Assembly: GCF_902652985.1 (NCBI RefSeq)
Contig: NC_047028.1
Coordinates: 30,752,001 to 30,816,000 of the forward strand
Direction of reading: 5' to 3'
Length of the DNA stretch: 64,000 nucleotides
Source of the DNA: Pecten maximus
Lineage: Eukaryota
Part shown: one piece after another, positions 51,401 through 62,197 of the stretch
Numbering within the stretch: the stretch's first letter is position 1
Layout: the number at the start of each line of letters is the position of its first letter
The notes under the pieces: generated by a model
Databases searched by the model: none
Told to the model about the DNA's origin: nothing
The model's input: the letters and a program-made list of their open reading frames with translations, nothing else
Position numbers and translations under genes: made by a program

Positions 51401-53575
51401 AACAAGTGAAATTTAATGGGATTGATAAATGGGGTTCATTTTGTGACCAACTTTAAGTAGAGCATTCATAAATACAACAGTACTCTATTATTGTTCCTTC
51501 AGGTACGGTACGAACAACTAAGTCGAAGGCATCATCAAGGTTGATTATAGACAATCAGAAAGAGATACCGACAATGATTATGAAGATGAGGGTCTCCGAT
51601 ACCTCGGATATAATCACTACACTTGATCTGGCTCCGCCCACAAAAAAACTGATGAAATTTAAGGAGACAGAGGCCAGTAAAGTCTTCACTGTACCCGGTC
51701 GTAACCTCACGCCTCGATTGGCGTGGCCGGTAAGTAAACTGTGGTCACCTTACCACAGTCGTAACCTCACGCCTCGATTGGCATGGCCGGTAAGTAAACT
51801 GTAGTCACCTTACTACAGTCGTAACCTCACACCTCGATTGGCGTGGCCGGTAAGTAAACTGTAGTCACTTTACCACAGTCGTAACCTCACACCTGGCCGT
51901 AACCTCACACCTCGATTGGCGTGGCCGGTAAGTAATCTGTAGTCACCTACCACAGTCGTAACCTGACGCCTCGATTGGCTTGGCCGGTAAGTAAAATGTA
52001 GCCACCTTACCACACTGTATACTGTATATCTTATATGTATGCATCAATATCATTAAATTTCCTTTGTGAAATATTTTTTTAGTCAGCATCATGACAAGGA
52101 GTGGAAGAGTTATCTCCCTTTTGAAAAGGAGAGTCAACATTTCTGGTGATCACTAAATCTGTTAAGATTAAGATTTAGATTTAAGAACATTTTGAAACTA
52201 CAAGCTCCTGTGGAACTTAAATCTATGAGCCATATTTTTTATCACTTTATGGATTTTCTTTACCTTGAAAGCAAAAATATTAAAGAATAAATTGAGAATA
52301 AAGAGATGAATTTTGAAAGTATAATCGTAATTTGTTAGTAAAAAACGAGTCTGAAATCCTGCTCTGTTTTATCCCAGTGAACTAAACCCAATCAGTGGGA
52401 ACATCCAACATTATGTATTATCTCTACAATTTCCAGCTATTTTACCCAAACCTGTTGACAAAACCCAGGGGAGATGACTCTGATGATGACGACGATGTTA
52501 TGGGTGATGATGTACCTGCTGAGGACGAAAATCTTGACGGTCAGAAGAAATTTACAATCATTCGCAGTGAACCCTTAAACATGTCTGACGGGGAAGACAA
52601 TATTCACTGTAAGTACACTGAAAATGCGAGTGATGACTCGCTGGTTACACAACTAGCTTTAGATCTGATATTATCAGCCAAAGGGCTCATCTACTGTAAA
52701 CGTGGTTATATTCCCGGGCGATGTTAATTTCGCGATTTCGATATGTAAACTATACGCGTTGGGGTAATTTTCGTGATTGATCCATCTTTGTTTGTAGTTG
52801 GAGATTATGCAAATTGATATCAAAATATAACACTTTGGGAAATGTTCGCGATCAAAAGGACTCCATGTAATTAGCGTAAATTTTCCCCTTGCGTCAAACA
52901 TAACGTTTACAGTATATCTTTTTATAATTTTTTGTTTGTTTTGTAGATACGAATGTTCTATCAGACGAAGACGACGACATTGCTGAACCTATCTATGCAG
53001 AACCACAGACCAGCCTAACTGACGAAGAGAATAAAGTTGACGACAGCAGTGTAGGGAAAGTTTCCGAGGATACCAGTGTAGACACACCTCCAGTTATAAA
53101 ACCGGAGGGGACGACTGATAAAAACCAGCCGAATTCTGACTCTGTACAGAACCCTTCACCAGACCAGGTACAACCAGTTAAACCAGAGACCGTTACTTCA
53201 CAAACCGTTCCCACATCAGAAGAAACACCACTTGTCGTACAAGGGGATATTACTACAGTTACAGTTCCGCCACAACCCGTAACAAATAGTTCAGTTAGCA
53301 ATACGGCCGCGGAAAACATCAGAATGGACACATCAGTTGTAGACATTTCACTGACATCTGTTAATTCCGGTCAGACAATGACAGATTCAGCCATCGTGAA
53401 CCAGGCGTCCAGCATCAGTAGCAATGCAGAATCAACAGAGGAAGGTTGTGTCATTGTGTCCGTGGTTACCGAAATATCAGAACCGTACGTTGAGCAAGAG
53501 GGAGAAATCATGCTTCAAACAGACTCCGCAAATAACTCGAGTGGGGACCAATACATACTTTATGTAGAGAAATGA
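45428..53575 (+). CDS. Spliced gene, ~776 aa, Rad21-derived protein containing only the central STAG/SA-binding kleisin segment; join(45428-45470,46118-46228,47740-47934,48833-49033,49793-50545,51503-51729,52437-52608,52947-53575)
   Basis: Manual assembly. All 7 introns are GT..AG, intron phases 1,1,1,1,1,0,1 join without a stop, and the total is 2331 nt. ATG 45428 is in aagATGg context with an in-frame TAA upstream at 45392; stop TGA is at 53573-53575. The sixth coding exon matches the Rad21 STAG-binding region as I recall it. Confidence 0.82.
45518..45707 (+). mobile_element. SINE family A copy (intronic, internally deleted)
   Basis: ggggccgcagtggccgaatggttaagg head; ggttttctccgggtactccg core. 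Confidence 0.8.
46118..46228 (+). CDS. Coding exon 2 (DNQNKKGETIDVAVAEQDDKEATTPVKAGQNTAEFQQ)
   Basis: tttttttgtag acceptor, aag|gttggt donor, 111 nt, open in phase 1-1. Confidence 0.72.
46469..46690 (+). mobile_element. SINE family A copy, near full length
   Basis: tRNA head, ctccgggtactccggctttcctcc core, (aaac) tail. Confidence 0.85.
46771..46995 (+). mobile_element. SINE family B copy
   Basis: gtggcacagtggtaac A box, ggtttgattcc B box; colinear with 27410-27665. Confidence 0.8.
47180..47706. repeat. 33-bp intronic minisatellite (gtgaagttcatgtacccatacagagtctaccct), ~16 copies
   Basis: Direct periodicity; ends ~35 nt before coding exon 3. Confidence 0.95.
47740..47934 (+). CDS. Coding exon 3, acidic (ESPTTVIAIIGEDEDGE...DSRVKK)
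   Basis: ctaac branch-like site at 47722, tttcag acceptor (alternative in-frame cag giving a 47734 start), aaa|gtatgt donor, 195 nt. Confidence 0.8.
48275..48847 (+). repeat. 45-bp tandem array made of a 3' splice site plus the first ~15 exon nt, 13 copies
   Basis: AG at 48291, 48336, 48381 ... 48831, spaced exactly 45 bp. Confidence 0.93.
48833..49033 (+). CDS. Coding exon 4 (KKSYEFFYPDMVSTLELALRG...FAKEAKK)
   Basis: ttttgttttcag acceptor, aag|gtattt donor, 201 nt, phase 1-1. Confidence 0.8.
49793..50545 (+). CDS. Coding exon 5, Lys/Pro-rich, with a 9x 11-aa repeat and a FALEP motif
   Basis: tttcag acceptor, aag|gtaagg donor, 753 nt; matches ORF 49795-50592. Confidence 0.88.
50056..50345 (+). 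repeat. Coding 33-bp repeat (VTPQAVAKQPK / VTPQAVTTQPK), 9 copies
   Basis: In frame within coding exon 5. Confidence 0.95.
50663..51227 (-). mobile_element. HINE-type element (intronic)
   Basis: Reverse complement 5' ACAAGAGATCCCAGAGGGATC..GCCCACCG; two ~155-bp internal units; (gacg)n; 3' hairpin TAGCCCAC..GTGGGCTA followed by an A-run. Confidence 0.82.
51503..51729 (+). CDS. Coding exon 6: Rad21/Scc1 STAG(SA/Scc3)-binding domain homolog
   Basis: Encodes GTVRTTKSKASSRLIIDNQKEIPTMIMKMRVSDTSDIITTLDLAPPTKKLMKFKETEASKVFTVPGRNLTPRLAWP. TTLDLAPPTKKLM (51616-51654) is identical to human RAD21 as I recall it. ttccttcag acceptor, ccg|gtaagt donor. Confidence 0.92.
51698..52012 (+). repeat. 60-bp tandem array made of an exon end plus 5' splice site, 5 donors
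   Basis: CCG|GTAAGT with GT at 51730, 51790, 51850, 51928 and 51987. Confidence 0.93.
52437..52608 (+). CDS. Coding exon 7 (LFYPNLLTKPRGDDSDDDDD...EDNIH)
   Basis: ttccag acceptor, phase 0; continues the Rad21 alignment (LFYPNLLT vs LFTRCLT); act|gtaagt donor. Confidence 0.85.
52694..52912. mobile_element. Tc1/mariner-like MITE (TA TSD) filling most of the last intron
   Basis: TA|CTGTAAACGT...ACGTTTACAG|TA. Confidence 0.7.
52947..53575 (+). CDS. Terminal coding exon, acidic and S/T/V-rich, ending ...GDQYILYVEK*
   Basis: tttgttttgtag acceptor; 629 nt open in the phase required by the previous exon; includes ORF 53324-53575. Confidence 0.85.
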
Positions 53576-56070
53576 TATAGAAATGGCATGTTATATATAT
53601 AATTAGTGACTCCATTATTGTGCCCTCATACCTGTGCTCCCCTTGGGTAAGGTGTGAGCTTTAGGTGAAAGGGTAATTCCAACAGTTATTGCTTACAGAT
53701 GTTTATCAGACCACGAATTTGGATTTCTTTAAACTACTACTCCCAAAATTTTAAGGAAATGTTTTAAAAGGTTTTAAAAGAATGTGAACCAGTCATTCTA
53801 TAAATGTTTTTTCATTCCTGTTGTGTGTATTGAGGTGTAAGGTACAAAGGAATGTTATTTACATTTATAAATATATCAACTAGGAATTTAATTTAATAAT
53901 ACATTCTAAATCCCTACACTAGTCTGCAAAAAGCCACACCTTCAACTCTGCTATATAAAACCCACACACAATATTTTGTATGCACATATATGGTAGGCTA
54001 TGCCCCATATTCTGGGTATATCGCTACCCTGTACCAGATTTATATGATAGGCCCCGCCTCTAACTTTTATATGCTGTAGAACCACACCTACAGTACTAGT
54101 GTATATGGTAGACAATGACTCCATTACATACATATTGTGGGTCAAAAGCCTCTTTCTCTGGTGTGTAAAATGCCTTATCTCTTGTCAAATCGGCAGGCCC
54201 GTCTCCTAAATATTTTGGTTGTATTTACACTAGGCCCCAAATCCAACAACAGTATATATGTGGAAGGCCACGCCTTCGTAACCCCTGGTATATATGTTTG
54301 GTAACGTCTCTAACTCTGGTATACATGTACATGCATATGTCAGCCAAGCCTCCATCTTTAGTATATACATGTGTATACATATATTTGAGGCCATGCCTGG
54401 TACATACCTCCATCTCTGGTAGATATTTTTGGCCACAACTCTGAGTGAATATTATATAATATCGGTCTTAAACGATGACGGAGGCAGATATCGTGAAAAA
54501 AATTATTTCTGCTTATTTTGCTAGTTTTAGATGGCCAAGAATGTATATGTTGTGTATACACATTTAAATTCATACTAGTTTTGTCTAAATATCATCAAAG
54601 ACTATCTTGAAAACAGCCCATTTGAACAGCCGAAAAAATGTTAGAGATGACTGTAATTACAAAGTCGTTGTCGAACCTGATTGACAATAATATGATTTTT
54701 TGATGAACGTATTACATGATAAATTTTTTTTTTTTTTTTGCAATGAAAGTACACATTAAAAAATTGATGCAAAACATTTACTTGTAGCTATATATAGGTA
54801 CTCTGATTAACACACCTGTTGTGGAGACTATGAACACTATCTACAATTGCATATAAATACAAATGTACCAAAGCGTTTTTATATTTTAATTATGTCATGT
54901 TGACAAAATGGCCTTTTTTACACTCGATAGTTTACATTCGTTAAAATGTTTAGTTTGGCAGGTTTGTAAACGTTAATTTAAATATACAATTTTATCTAAA
55001 TGCAGGCCAAATACAGTCACACAGGTAATTATACATATAAGCTTTTAAATATTTTTTCGTTCATGTTTTTACATTTTGATTCAGTTACTTTGTCAACTTT
55101 CAGTTTTGTGTTTTTACATGAATGCAGTGATGGACCCTAAACAGCTTTGGATCATTACTTCATTCTAAACATTTTTTATTTATTGTTTTTGTTTTTGTTT
55201 TTGTTTTTTTGTTTATTGATTTTTTTTGAGGATGTTATTTTTTTAATTATGAATCGTCAGCTTATCAATGACAACTCGAGATCCACTACAGAGTTAGCAC
55301 AGTGATAATAAAATGCTGAAATAGCGTACTGGGAATACAAATCTAATTCTAAGAATCGGGGGATATTTAAGCGCCCTATTTCATAAAAGCTTTGTCGTAA
55401 GTGTATTTTCTTTCCAATACCCAGATAACTGTCTCTGTATAATTAATTTGACGTGCTACTCAAACCAATGTAGAACTTCTACATTATGATTAACTAGCGA
55501 TGAACACAAAATCACTATAACTGGACAATGATTCACACATTTAAATAATGTATTAAAGCAAAAACACCAAATGGTTGGTTAGATTAAGGTGAAATTCCTT
55601 TATCGAAATTATTTTGAAATTTAGATTTAAATTATATGAAAATGTAAGTAAACTTTCTGTATCACCTATACCAAACAAAACCAAAAAATAACCAAAAAAC
55701 GAGTAACTATGAAGAATTAATATAACAGCCAACTTTGACATGTGAATCAGTGATGGGCGTGTAAGGACAGCGTAAACAAGTCTGTCTGTATATGTCAGTT
55801 TATAGAATATTAGCAGTTCAAAGTAAACCAGAAAAAAAACATTTTTACAGAGATGCATCAAAGTTATATAAAATACTAAAGTCATCTGTTCCTTATTAAA
55901 TCATGTTTTCATAATTACGATACAATAATTACGATCACCCTATTTTGTGATAACAGTCATCTCGATTATATTTTTCCAATGGCTAATATGCTTAAGTTGT
56001 GATTGTATTTCAACATATCATGTTTAGATACTTAAGTGTATGGCACAGAAATATCTTCATAGCCATCTAA

Positions 56071-56356
56071 GGGTCTGGGACAGCTCAATCAGTTAAAGTG
56101 TCGACCACATAATCTTAGGTAATGATCCAAGGAGCATGGTTCAATGCACTATACTGGTGTCAGTTGTGTTTCTCAGTAGGTCAGTCTGGGCTGTTGTGGT
56201 TGTCTCCTTGAGCAAGACGCTATAACATTATGCTCTGGAAAGCATGCAATGGGCCTCATATATGTTATTCAGTGAGGTAGTCACCAACTACTACCAAGAG
56301 ACCCCACCTCAAAATGACTCTGGCTGTTCACGGGGCAATAAACCCAGCAAAAAACA
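56071..56356 (+). mobile_element. CORE-type SINE, near full length
   Basis: tRNA-like head (cagctcaatcagtt, ggttcaatgc), gtctccttgagcaagac core, same tail as 36170-36400. Confidence 0.78.
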
Positions 56357-57663
56357 TTCATAGCTTTATATCTAATAGTAGCAAAATAAGGAAAAGTTTG
56401 ACTTTAACCAATTTCTGCCTCCGTTATTGTTGAAGACCGTAATTTGAAGTATGGTCAAAGACAGAGTTAGGAAATATGGTGTGTCTGTCACCTTGATGAA
56501 GTTTTGTTATTAGTCAGAATTTTAAGTCGGGCTTTTTCTTATGTGTTGAAGGTGCCTAATTTTCCAGAAATGTTTGTTTAGTATATATATAGGTATAAAT
56601 TGTAATGACTGGTTCATTGAGATTTTAAGGGAGTATTACTTGCTGTAAATATCATATAGACAATGTACATTTATGTGGATCTTGACTAACATTTTAATAT
56701 ACAATTCACAGATTTGTATGCTCTCTTCTAGTTATGTTTTAATGGTAAATAAAATTTGTCAAGGCTACCAAGATAAATATACTTTTTATAATGTCTGAAT
56801 TAGTGCAGTTTTTTTTGTTATCCCACGACGGGGAAATCACATCATTATGTAACTCGAGTAACCAAACAACATACTCGCTCTTTCTTGTCCTGCAACTTCA
56901 TACACGTAATAACGACCATCATCTCTTGAGCAAGTTGGCGTTTTAACATATCCCAATTGTCTTGAAACATTTCTTGTACGAGTTCATGTAACAACCTGGT
57001 GTGAAAATTGAGGTCACTGTTACTATATATAGATTTTCAACATATAAACATTTCTTGTATGAGTTCATGTATTAACAACCTGGGGTCAAAGTTGAGGTCA
57101 CATTTACTGTTAACAGATTTTCGATCTCCTTACTCTGCTGACTTCGTTAGTTACTAGTATCTGATCGCTCATACACCTACAACCTTGAACTCTTGTACAA
57201 GTTCACTTTTCAACCACTGGGGAAAGGCTTACCGCCAAGCTGCATAAAATGGTTACTTATTATATGTCTCGCGTTAGATTCACGATGTAAATACGTCATC
57301 GCCACTACCTCCATTTCGCCCTCTGAGGACACTGTTCTTCTCCAGAACCTTTGATGGTATTTTGGTTGATGGCGTCAGATTTTGACAGAAATTATGAAAT
57401 TGCAACCGATAACAATATACAAGAAATTGTATTCATAGTCGTATATATGAAATAGAAAATTATTACGCCAAACATAAAAAAATGGTATTACAGTAAGATA
57501 AGATATAAAACTACTGTTGCTAAGTAAGAGGGAATAAATTAAGCATATCAACAAAGAAGACATAGATAAGAGCAAGATGAAGCATAAGTCTAATGAAAAG
57601 AAGGTAAAGATAAAGTTAGGACAAAAAGAAATAACAAAAATAAGCACAAGACATAGGTTGCAT

Positions 57664-57720
57664 CAATCGGGAACCCTCGGTATTTTCTCGTTTACGGAAA
57701 GTGCCGACGGTTCCCGATTG
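57664..57720. mobile_element. 57-bp hairpin MITE with 9-bp TSD (1 mismatch), AcademH-like
   Basis: AGGTTGCAT|CAATCGGGAACC...GGTTCCCGATTG|AGGTTACAT. Confidence 0.65.
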
Positions 57721-57944
57721 AGGTTACATAACTAGTCTACACAGCAAGCAGATCACATGACTCCAAAGCACTACCAATAATAAATTACAAATGGTAAGTA
57801 ATTGGCAGCAAACAAATGTCATGCTAAGCACCTCAAGCACGCTACGTAAGCAAGCAACATGGCACAATTGGTTAAACAACTTTAAGCACGAAAAATAAAT
57901 AAGAAAATATTAAAGATAAAAACTGCCTTAGTAGTAAAACTATG

Positions 57945-58060
57945 CCATTTATAAATAATATTGAATAAAAGGGGCCCTATGATTGACCCTTGTGGTACCC
58001 CCTTCGTTAATATTTTACTGCCCGAAGAGGATAAAAAGAAACTGTCCAAACATAAATTGA
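57945..58060 (-). mobile_element. LINE reverse-transcriptase fragment (CR1/L2-like)
   Basis: Translates to KGVPQGSIIGPLLFNI, the conserved non-LTR RT GVPQGS motif. Confidence 0.8.
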
Positions 58061-58527
58061 GTATAGAATTAGTCTTCCTCATTATGATTGACTGCTATCA
58101 TATGTACATTTACTGTATTTTAAATAGCTGAAGATACTGTAAGACGGATGAGCAAACGACGTCTCCGATTAGAAGGAAGCCTTCAATGCGGCGGAATTGT
58201 CGTCAGATGTGGAATCGTGCCAGCTGTCTTCTGTGGTGGTGTCATGACCTCTGAAATAATATCTCCTCCTCTGTGTTTTCATTACTTTTTCAATTCTCTT
58301 TGTTTTATGACCACAAACTTCTGGATTGGAATTATTGATACAGTTCTGAGTATTTATACAGGTGTACGACTAAACCTGACACAGAACGGACACAAAACTC
58401 CACACTGGAGGGTTGAAAAAAAGTGACGAAAGTGGACACCCTCTAGAAACGATCTATATGCAGTTTCAAATAAGTTGCAAAACAGGCCACATATAACATT
58501 TACTAGATTATAAGGTATGTCTATAAA

Positions 58528-58616
58528 TAGTCCGAGTTTCCTCTGACCCTGACACCATGTCTGGTGTAGGGGCCCTACACCAGACATGGTGTCAGGGCCA
58601 GAGGAAACTCGGACTA
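58528..58616. mobile_element. 89-bp fully palindromic MITE with perfect 9-bp TSD, AcademH-like
   Basis: 44-bp arms with 1 mismatch, 1-nt spacer, TAG..CTA termini, GTCTATAAA at 58519-58527 and 58617-58625. Confidence 0.85.
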
Positions 58617-59099
58617 GTCTATAAAGCGATGTACTAGTATTCGACCGATGTTCTATTGCCTCAAGACTACGCAATTTATAAGCATCGAATTCGTTTTATT
58701 TGCTTTACAGATGGCTTTATCAAATCTCCTTCCAAAATGAAGAAACCGCTGATAATCCAAGGTAACAACACCAATGCTGTCACTGCGGGAAATACTCCAC
58801 GTTACAAGTTTACCTCCAACATATCAAACGTAAACATGGGACACATCCCAAAGAATTATGTCAAAAATATCGACGGTGTAATGCATATATAGTTAGGGAA
58901 AATCAAATACATTTGTAATAACATGTTTCATTACATAATGCGTTTGATTTTCCCTAGCCATAAACATAAGGTATATTTTGAACTATTGCATGGCTAAAAT
59001 GACTATTGCACGACTATTGAGATGAAAGCGCAAAAGAAACTCTTACGGAGTTTAAACGAATGTTAGATAGTCTAGATATATCACCAAAGGGAAAAAGAT

Positions 59100-59720
59100 A
59101 TGAAGAAAGTCGACAACCTCCAAAAACGATCTATCAATGCAGTAAATGTGAACGATAGTTTGTTTGCAAATACAATTGTACTCACATAGAAGACACGTGA
59201 GCGGATATTTTGTTCAACTACCGTGCGAAGTTTGTGGGAAATTGTTAAAAAAAGCAGACACTTTACAGTGTCACATATTATTTGTCCATAAGAAAGGCGA
59301 AGTACATGTGACGAATGTGGCAAGATGTTCACCTTAAAACAGAATCTTAAAAGACACTGCAAGTTACATGAGCAAACGGAGTCTTCAGTCTTCGGTTAAC
59401 AAGCAACCATCTACTCGTTAGGTTCTATCACCGACTGTGCAGCTGTCAAAATTCCAGGTGATGGCGGAGTCGCCGCTGGATATGGAACCGCCACACATGC
59501 AGTCTTCTGTGGTGGCAGGGTCGTCGCCAGATGAGGAACTTTCGCATACTCAGACGCCTGTTGTGGTGTCGTCCCCGAATGTGGAACCGTCGCATACTCA
59601 GATGCCAGTTGTGGTGTCGTCCCCGGATGTGGGGTCATCGCACACTCAGACGCCAGTTGTGGTGTCGTCCCCGGATGTGGAACCGACTACATGGAACCAA
59701 AAAGGTAACGAACAACAATA
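59100..59720 (+). pseudogene. Disrupted C2H2 zinc-finger gene (3 fingers) followed by a 48-bp S/P/V-rich coding repeat
   Basis: YQCSKCER*F.., LPCEVCGKLLKKADTLQCHILFVH and TCDECGKMFTLKQNLKRHCKLH, separated by a stop and frameshifts; then a QTPVVVSSPDVEPSHT-type repeat. Confidence 0.75.
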
Positions 59721-60174
59721 TCAAAATGGCGCACATCAATTATATCACATTACTTGTATCATTGGTCTACACATTACTCGTTGAAATTCACTTAAATTGT
59801 GTCCATCTCTAAAATACTATTACCACAGCCCACTTTTCTTTAACTTTAAAGCCCAGCTGTTTTTATTTACTTTATGTTCACACACTGTTCTGGACTGTAA
59901 TCTATAATAAATACAGATTCCAATAGTTCCACACGCCAAGACTGGTATCCGTTTTAACGAGATATTATTTAGTTTTTAGGTCTGTGGAAATATAAATGTA
60001 CTCGATTTTTTTATATAGAAGTTTCGTTTCATTTGACTTTTGAGGAACTCTTCTTTTTTACCAATGAATACGTAGTGTTAAAAGAAGACAGTGGCCATCC
60101 GTGTCACGAGTCAAAGACACGGTCAGTGTTATCTGTGACCACCAGAGTTTTTTTTATTCCTGCCAGTATACTGT

Positions 60175-61302
60175 TCCAGAAAGCTGAATAGAGTTACCAC
60201 AGAGAACTAAATAGAGTAATCACTGAAAGCTAGAGTTACCACAGAAAGCTTGAGTTACCACAGAAAGTTAAATAGAGTTACCACAGGAAGCTAAATAGAG
60301 TTACCACAGAAAGCTAAATAGAGCTAACACAGAAAGCTAAATAGAGTTACCACAGGAAGCTAAATAGAGTTACCACAGGAAGCTAAATAGAGTTACCACA
60401 GGAAGCTAAATAGAGTTACCACAGAAAGCTAAATAGAGTTACCACAGGAAGCTAAATAGAGTTACCACAGGAAGCTAAATAGAGTTACCACAGGAAGCTA
60501 AATAGAGTTACCACAGAAAGCTAAATAGAGTTACCATAGAAAGCTAAATAGAGCTACCACAGAAAGCTAGAGTTACCACAGAATGCTAAATAGAGTTACC
60601 ACAGAAAGCTAGAGTTACCACAGAAAGTTAAATAGAGTTACCACAGAAAGCTAAATAGAGCTAACACAGAAAGCTAAATAGAGTTACCACAGAAAGCTAA
60701 ATAGAGTTACCATAGAAAGCTAAATAGAGCTACCACAGAAAGCTAGAGTTACCACAGAATGCTAAATAGAGTTACCACAGAAAGCTAGAGTTACCACAGA
60801 AAGTTAAATAGAGTTACCACAGAAAGCTAAATAGAGTTACCACAGAAAGCTAGAGTTACCACAGAAAGCTAAATAGAGCTAACACAGAAAGCTAAATAGA
60901 GTTACCACAGAAAGCTAAATAGAGTTACCACAGAAAGCTAGAGTTACCACAGAAAGCTAAATAGAGCTAACACAGAAAGCTAAATAGAGTTACCACAGAA
61001 AGCTAAATAGAGTCACCACAGAAAACTAAATAGAGTTACCATAGAAAGCTAAATAGAGCTACCACAGAAAGCTAGAGTTATCACAGAATGCTAAATAGAG
61101 TTACCACAGAAAGCTAGAGTTACCACAGAATGCTAAATAGAGTTACCACAGAAAGCTAGCGTTACCACAGAAAGTTAAATAGAGTTACCACAGAAAGCTA
61201 TATAGAGTTACCACAGAAAGCTAAATAGAGTTACCACAGAAAGCTAGAGTTACCACAGAAAGCTAAATAGAGTTACCACATAAAGCTAAATAGAGTTACC
61301 AC
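60175..61302. repeat. 23/19-bp minisatellite (aaagct[aaat]agagttaccacag), ~50 copies
   Basis: Direct periodicity with two length variants. Confidence 0.95.
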
Positions 61303-62197
61303 CGGTGTCTGTTATCCCATGCTGATATGGCTTGACCCTTATGACAGTATTTCATCAGATGACCATCCCATCCCCGTGTTTGAAGTAATAATAATTAAAA
61401 TGGTTGGTCACTCAGTGAGAACAGGCCCTGATAGAGTCGGTCCTGATGTGGCCTTGGAAGGGGTAACGTGTAATTAAGGTCGTGTAAGTTCGATACTCTG
61501 ACCATTTATTTTATCGGTGTCTATGAATCACTTATTGATAATGCTCGACATTTATACTTAAAACAGTTGTCGCTGGTTATTTTAAGTACAACATAGAGGG
61601 TAACAAATAGAAATTGATACTTCTACGTCACCCCATCCCTCTCATAGGTTTATATAGGGGATCCCTCGCTGGCGTGAAGGATGAGGGATGAGGGATAAGC
61701 GTATATATTTAGAACAAGTTGGGTTTTCCCAATCCTCCACACATTCTAGTCATATCCCCCAGTGGGGATCGTGGTTATTTTTAACCCGTTTCTTATCGCT
61801 ATTTTTCATCTAAAATTGTGTCCCATTGCTATCAATAGCAGAAGGGGAGGTATATGTTATGACGTATCTAGGTGTTTTTATCGCTATATACAAACATGAC
61901 TATATTTAGAACGATAAAGGTTTAACTCAACATAGTGATGGCATGTCCAATTTGCCTCTCCTCTATTGCGTCATGGCTATTTTAACCCAATCTTGATTTT
62001 CCCTCCACGTATAATTTGACTTTACATGTGTAATATTCAGTTGAGGTTTAATATAGCACTAGAGGCCTGCGGACGTGTGTATAAACAGTCAAGCAGAACG
62101 AGACTTCAACCTGTGGTGAGGAGTATTTATACATAGATAACCTAGAATAAATGTGTAAAAATTGTACCAAATGGGGTCGTGTGACGTTAGATTCAAG

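Noticed and set aside
53312-53323. ENIR as a separase ExxR site
   Set aside because: A four-residue pattern expected by chance, and not alignable to known Rad21 cleavage sites.
49852-53346. Antisense and alternate-frame ORFs (49852-50466, 50072-50419, 52993-53346)
   Set aside because: Shadows of the real plus-strand exons.
45428-53575. Calling the gene canonical RAD21, REC8 or RAD21L
   Set aside because: No recognisable N-terminal Smc3-binding or C-terminal winged-helix domain. The FFY..LALR in coding exon 4 only faintly echoes the kleisin N-domain and is too short to count.
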